From a virus (lineage: Duplodnaviria; Caudoviricetes), in the IMG/VR virus record IMGVR_UViG_3300043754_000129, positions 192,001 through 256,000 of that record: a stretch of 64,000 bases of DNA, one strand, 5' to 3'. The notes beneath the pieces were generated by a model. It had not been told where the DNA came from. It ran no database searches and worked only from the letters and a program-made list of their open reading frames with translations. Position 1 is the stretch's first letter. Every line of letters begins with the position of its first letter. Shown here one piece after another: positions 62,311 to 64,000 of the stretch. The position numbers were made by a program, and so were the translations under genes.

Positions 62311-63147
62311 ATGCATCACGAGCAAAAGACTCCTGTTGCACCGACGAAAGCCACGCGCGTCTACAATCGCAAGAAGAAGACGCTCGATGTGCGTGACCAC
62401 AAGTATCACGGTCACCTCACGTTCGGTGCTGCTGCGGTTCCTCCGAAAGTCGACCTCACGCCGCACTGCGGTCCGGTCTTCGATCAGGGCAACCTCGGCT
62501 CCTGCACGGCCAACGCCTGCGCGGGTGCTCTCGAGTACGAAGAGAACATCCAGAACAACAACGCCGCAGCCGTTCAGCTGTCGCGTCTGTTCCTGTACTA
62601 CAACGAACGTGCGCTCGAAGGCGACATCGGTCAAGACGCGGGTGGGGAAATCCGCGACGTGATCAAGGTTGCTGGCCAGTACGGTGCGCCGCTTGAAGCC
62701 ACGTGGCCGTACGACGATGGTCCCACGCAGTTCACGGTGAAGCCGTCGCTCGAAGCCTACGCGGAAGGTCTGAAGCACAAGGCCCTGCAATACCAAGCCG
62801 TGCCGCAAACGCTCGCGTCGTTCAAGCACGTGCTGGCTGTGTTCAACCGTCCGATCGTGATCGGTATCACGGTCTACGAATCGTTCGAGTCCGACTCGGC
62901 GATGTCGACGGGTATGATTCCGATGCCCAACACCATGCTCGAACAGTGCATGGGTGGTCACGCTGTGCTCGTCGTGGGTTACGACGATGCCAAGCAAGCG
63001 TTCCTCGTGCGTAACAGCTGGGGCAACGTCTATCCGCCGGCATGGCCGGGTTCGGCAGAAACCGGTTCGTTCTGGCTGCCGTACGAGTTCATGATGAACC
63101 CGGAACTCGCTGAAGACTTCTGGGTCATCACGTCGATCGCTGGCTAA
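62311..63147 (+). CDS. Papain-like cysteine peptidase (C1A)
   Basis: DQGNLGSCTANA (catalytic C), GGHAVLVVGY (H), VRNSWG (N). Confidence 0.92.
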   Translation: MHHEQKTPVAPTKATRVYNRKKKTLDVRDHKYHGHLTFGAAAVPPKVDLTPHCGPVFDQGNLGSCTANACAGALEYEENIQNNNAAAVQLSRLFLYYNERALEGDIGQDAGGEIRDVIKVAGQYGAPLEATWPYDDGPTQFTVKPSLEAYAEGLKHKALQYQAVPQTLASFKHVLAVFNRPIVIGITVYESFESDSAMSTGMIPMPNTMLEQCMGGHAVLVVGYDDAKQAFLVRNSWGNVYPPAWPGSAETGSFWLPYEFMMNPELAEDFWVITSIAG

Positions 63148-63148
63148 G

Positions 63149-63487
63149 CTAGCTTGAAGTACCGCCCGGGGTTTCCCCGGGCTTTATGCCGTCAGCTGTG
63201 ACGGTGTACCACTTGAGCTCGTACTTCATGGGCTTAGTTCCATCGTCAAAGAACGCTGTGGTCTCAAATGAGGACTCCTCCCATTGCCATTCGACGCGTT
63301 GCAATCCTTCGACTTTATCCATCACGCGCCGATGAAACTGAGCGAACTGCACTGCCCAGCGCTCGTCGACAAACTGCTTGCTTAAGAACTCGATGTATTC
63401 GATCCAGATGGCGCCGATAACATCGAGCGCAATGAGCCGTTGATTCATTCGCTCAAGCTTCTTGAGCTGCTGATCAAAGTCGTCCAC
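63149..63487 (-). CDS. Hypothetical protein, 112 aa
   Basis: ORF track (GTG start); the 3' end overlaps the terminator. Confidence 0.55.
   Translation of the reverse strand: MDDFDQQLKKLERMNQRLIALDVIGAIWIEYIEFLSKQFVDERWAVQFAQFHRRVMDKVEGLQRVEWQWEESSFETTAFFDDGTKPMKYELKWYTVTADGIKPGETPGGTSS
63160..63193 (+). terminator. Terminator with TTTATGCCGTC tail
   Basis: GCCCGGGG-TTT-CCCCGGGC then TTTATGCCGTC; at a convergent junction. Confidence 0.8.
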
Positions 63488-63495
63488 GATGTCCC

Positions 63496-63837
63496 TTATT
63501 CTCCATCGGGATGCTGCACCGCACCGGCACCGGTGTACATCAGGTTGCAGTTCATGCGCGCCCGATACGCACGCTGCTTAGCTGCGTCCATTGCATCTTC
63601 CAGACTGGAGAGCAGTTCGGTCGCCTGATCAATCAGGACAAGGTCGGGGGCAGCCATGCCTTGGCCTTCCTTATAGAACGGCGAGACGCGCTTGGTGATC
63701 GTGAAGATCAGGACTTCGAGTTGACCCAAGCGCTTCGGACCCTTAGGCGGCCTATTCAGAAACCCTTGCAGCAGTTCCCGTTCTTCGCGCAGGAGTTCAA
63801 AGAGTTTGCGTTCTTGGGGATGAAAGTGTCGCGGCAT
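63496..63837 (-). CDS. Hypothetical protein
   Basis: Start moved to MPRHFH after AAGGAG. Confidence 0.6.
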   Translation of the reverse strand: MPRHFHPQERKLFELLREERELLQGFLNRPPKGPKRLGQLEVLIFTITKRVSPFYKEGQGMAAPDLVLIDQATELLSSLEDAMDAAKQRAYRARMNCNLMYTGAGAVQHPDGE

Positions 63838-64000
63838 TGCGTTCTCCTTATGCTTGCACGATGTAGGTACGCGTTTCGGTCCAGCAACGCACGTCGTCTT
63901 CCAGATGCAGCGCCACGATCTTGCCATCGAAGCGCGTTTCGAAATAACAGTAGGCGTCCACCGTCTCATGTCCGATGGTGGCCAGCATGTCAAAGCGCCA

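Noticed and set aside
1-64000. CRISPR array, DGR, transposon or rRNA
   Set aside because: No regularly spaced repeats, RT, transposase or rRNA motifs were seen.

Overview
This window is a 64-kb piece of a phiKZ-like (nucleus-forming, Chimalliviridae-type) jumbo phage genome. A Burkholderiales host is inferred from the GC-rich codon usage and a Burkholderia/Ralstonia-like cyclophilin; no database search was run. Bases 1-15.2 kb hold the conserved core: major capsid protein, DnaB-like helicase, SNF2 helicase and internal head proteins with S/A/G-x-E prohead-protease sites. Bases 15.2-62.2 kb are almost all minus-strand accessory genes. They include Nudix and ART-like proteins, three 2OG-Fe(II) oxygenases with an HD-like gene, an array of small membrane proteins, a GIY-YIG endonuclease, Tpt1/KptA, a methyltransferase, DHFR, a tRNA cluster, a DEDD exonuclease, a metallophosphatase, cyclophilin, a fibre-like protein, a lytic transglycosylase and an orphan HigA-like antitoxin. 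A plus-strand papain-like protease lies near the right end. The most striking unexplained structures are: (i) an ORF-free, ornately base-paired ~580-nt element at 25.6-26.2 kb directly upstream of the oxygenase operon; (ii) tRNA-like genes whose anticodon loops are enlarged or sealed and self-complementary, next to a second ~300-nt pseudoknotted RNA; (iii) a head polyprotein predicted to release a SUKH/SMI1-KNR4 immunity domain. All protein family calls come from motif recognition by eye, and all RNA pairings were found by hand. Several start codons were moved from the ORF track to downstream ATG/GTG codons with an RBS or stop/start overlap.
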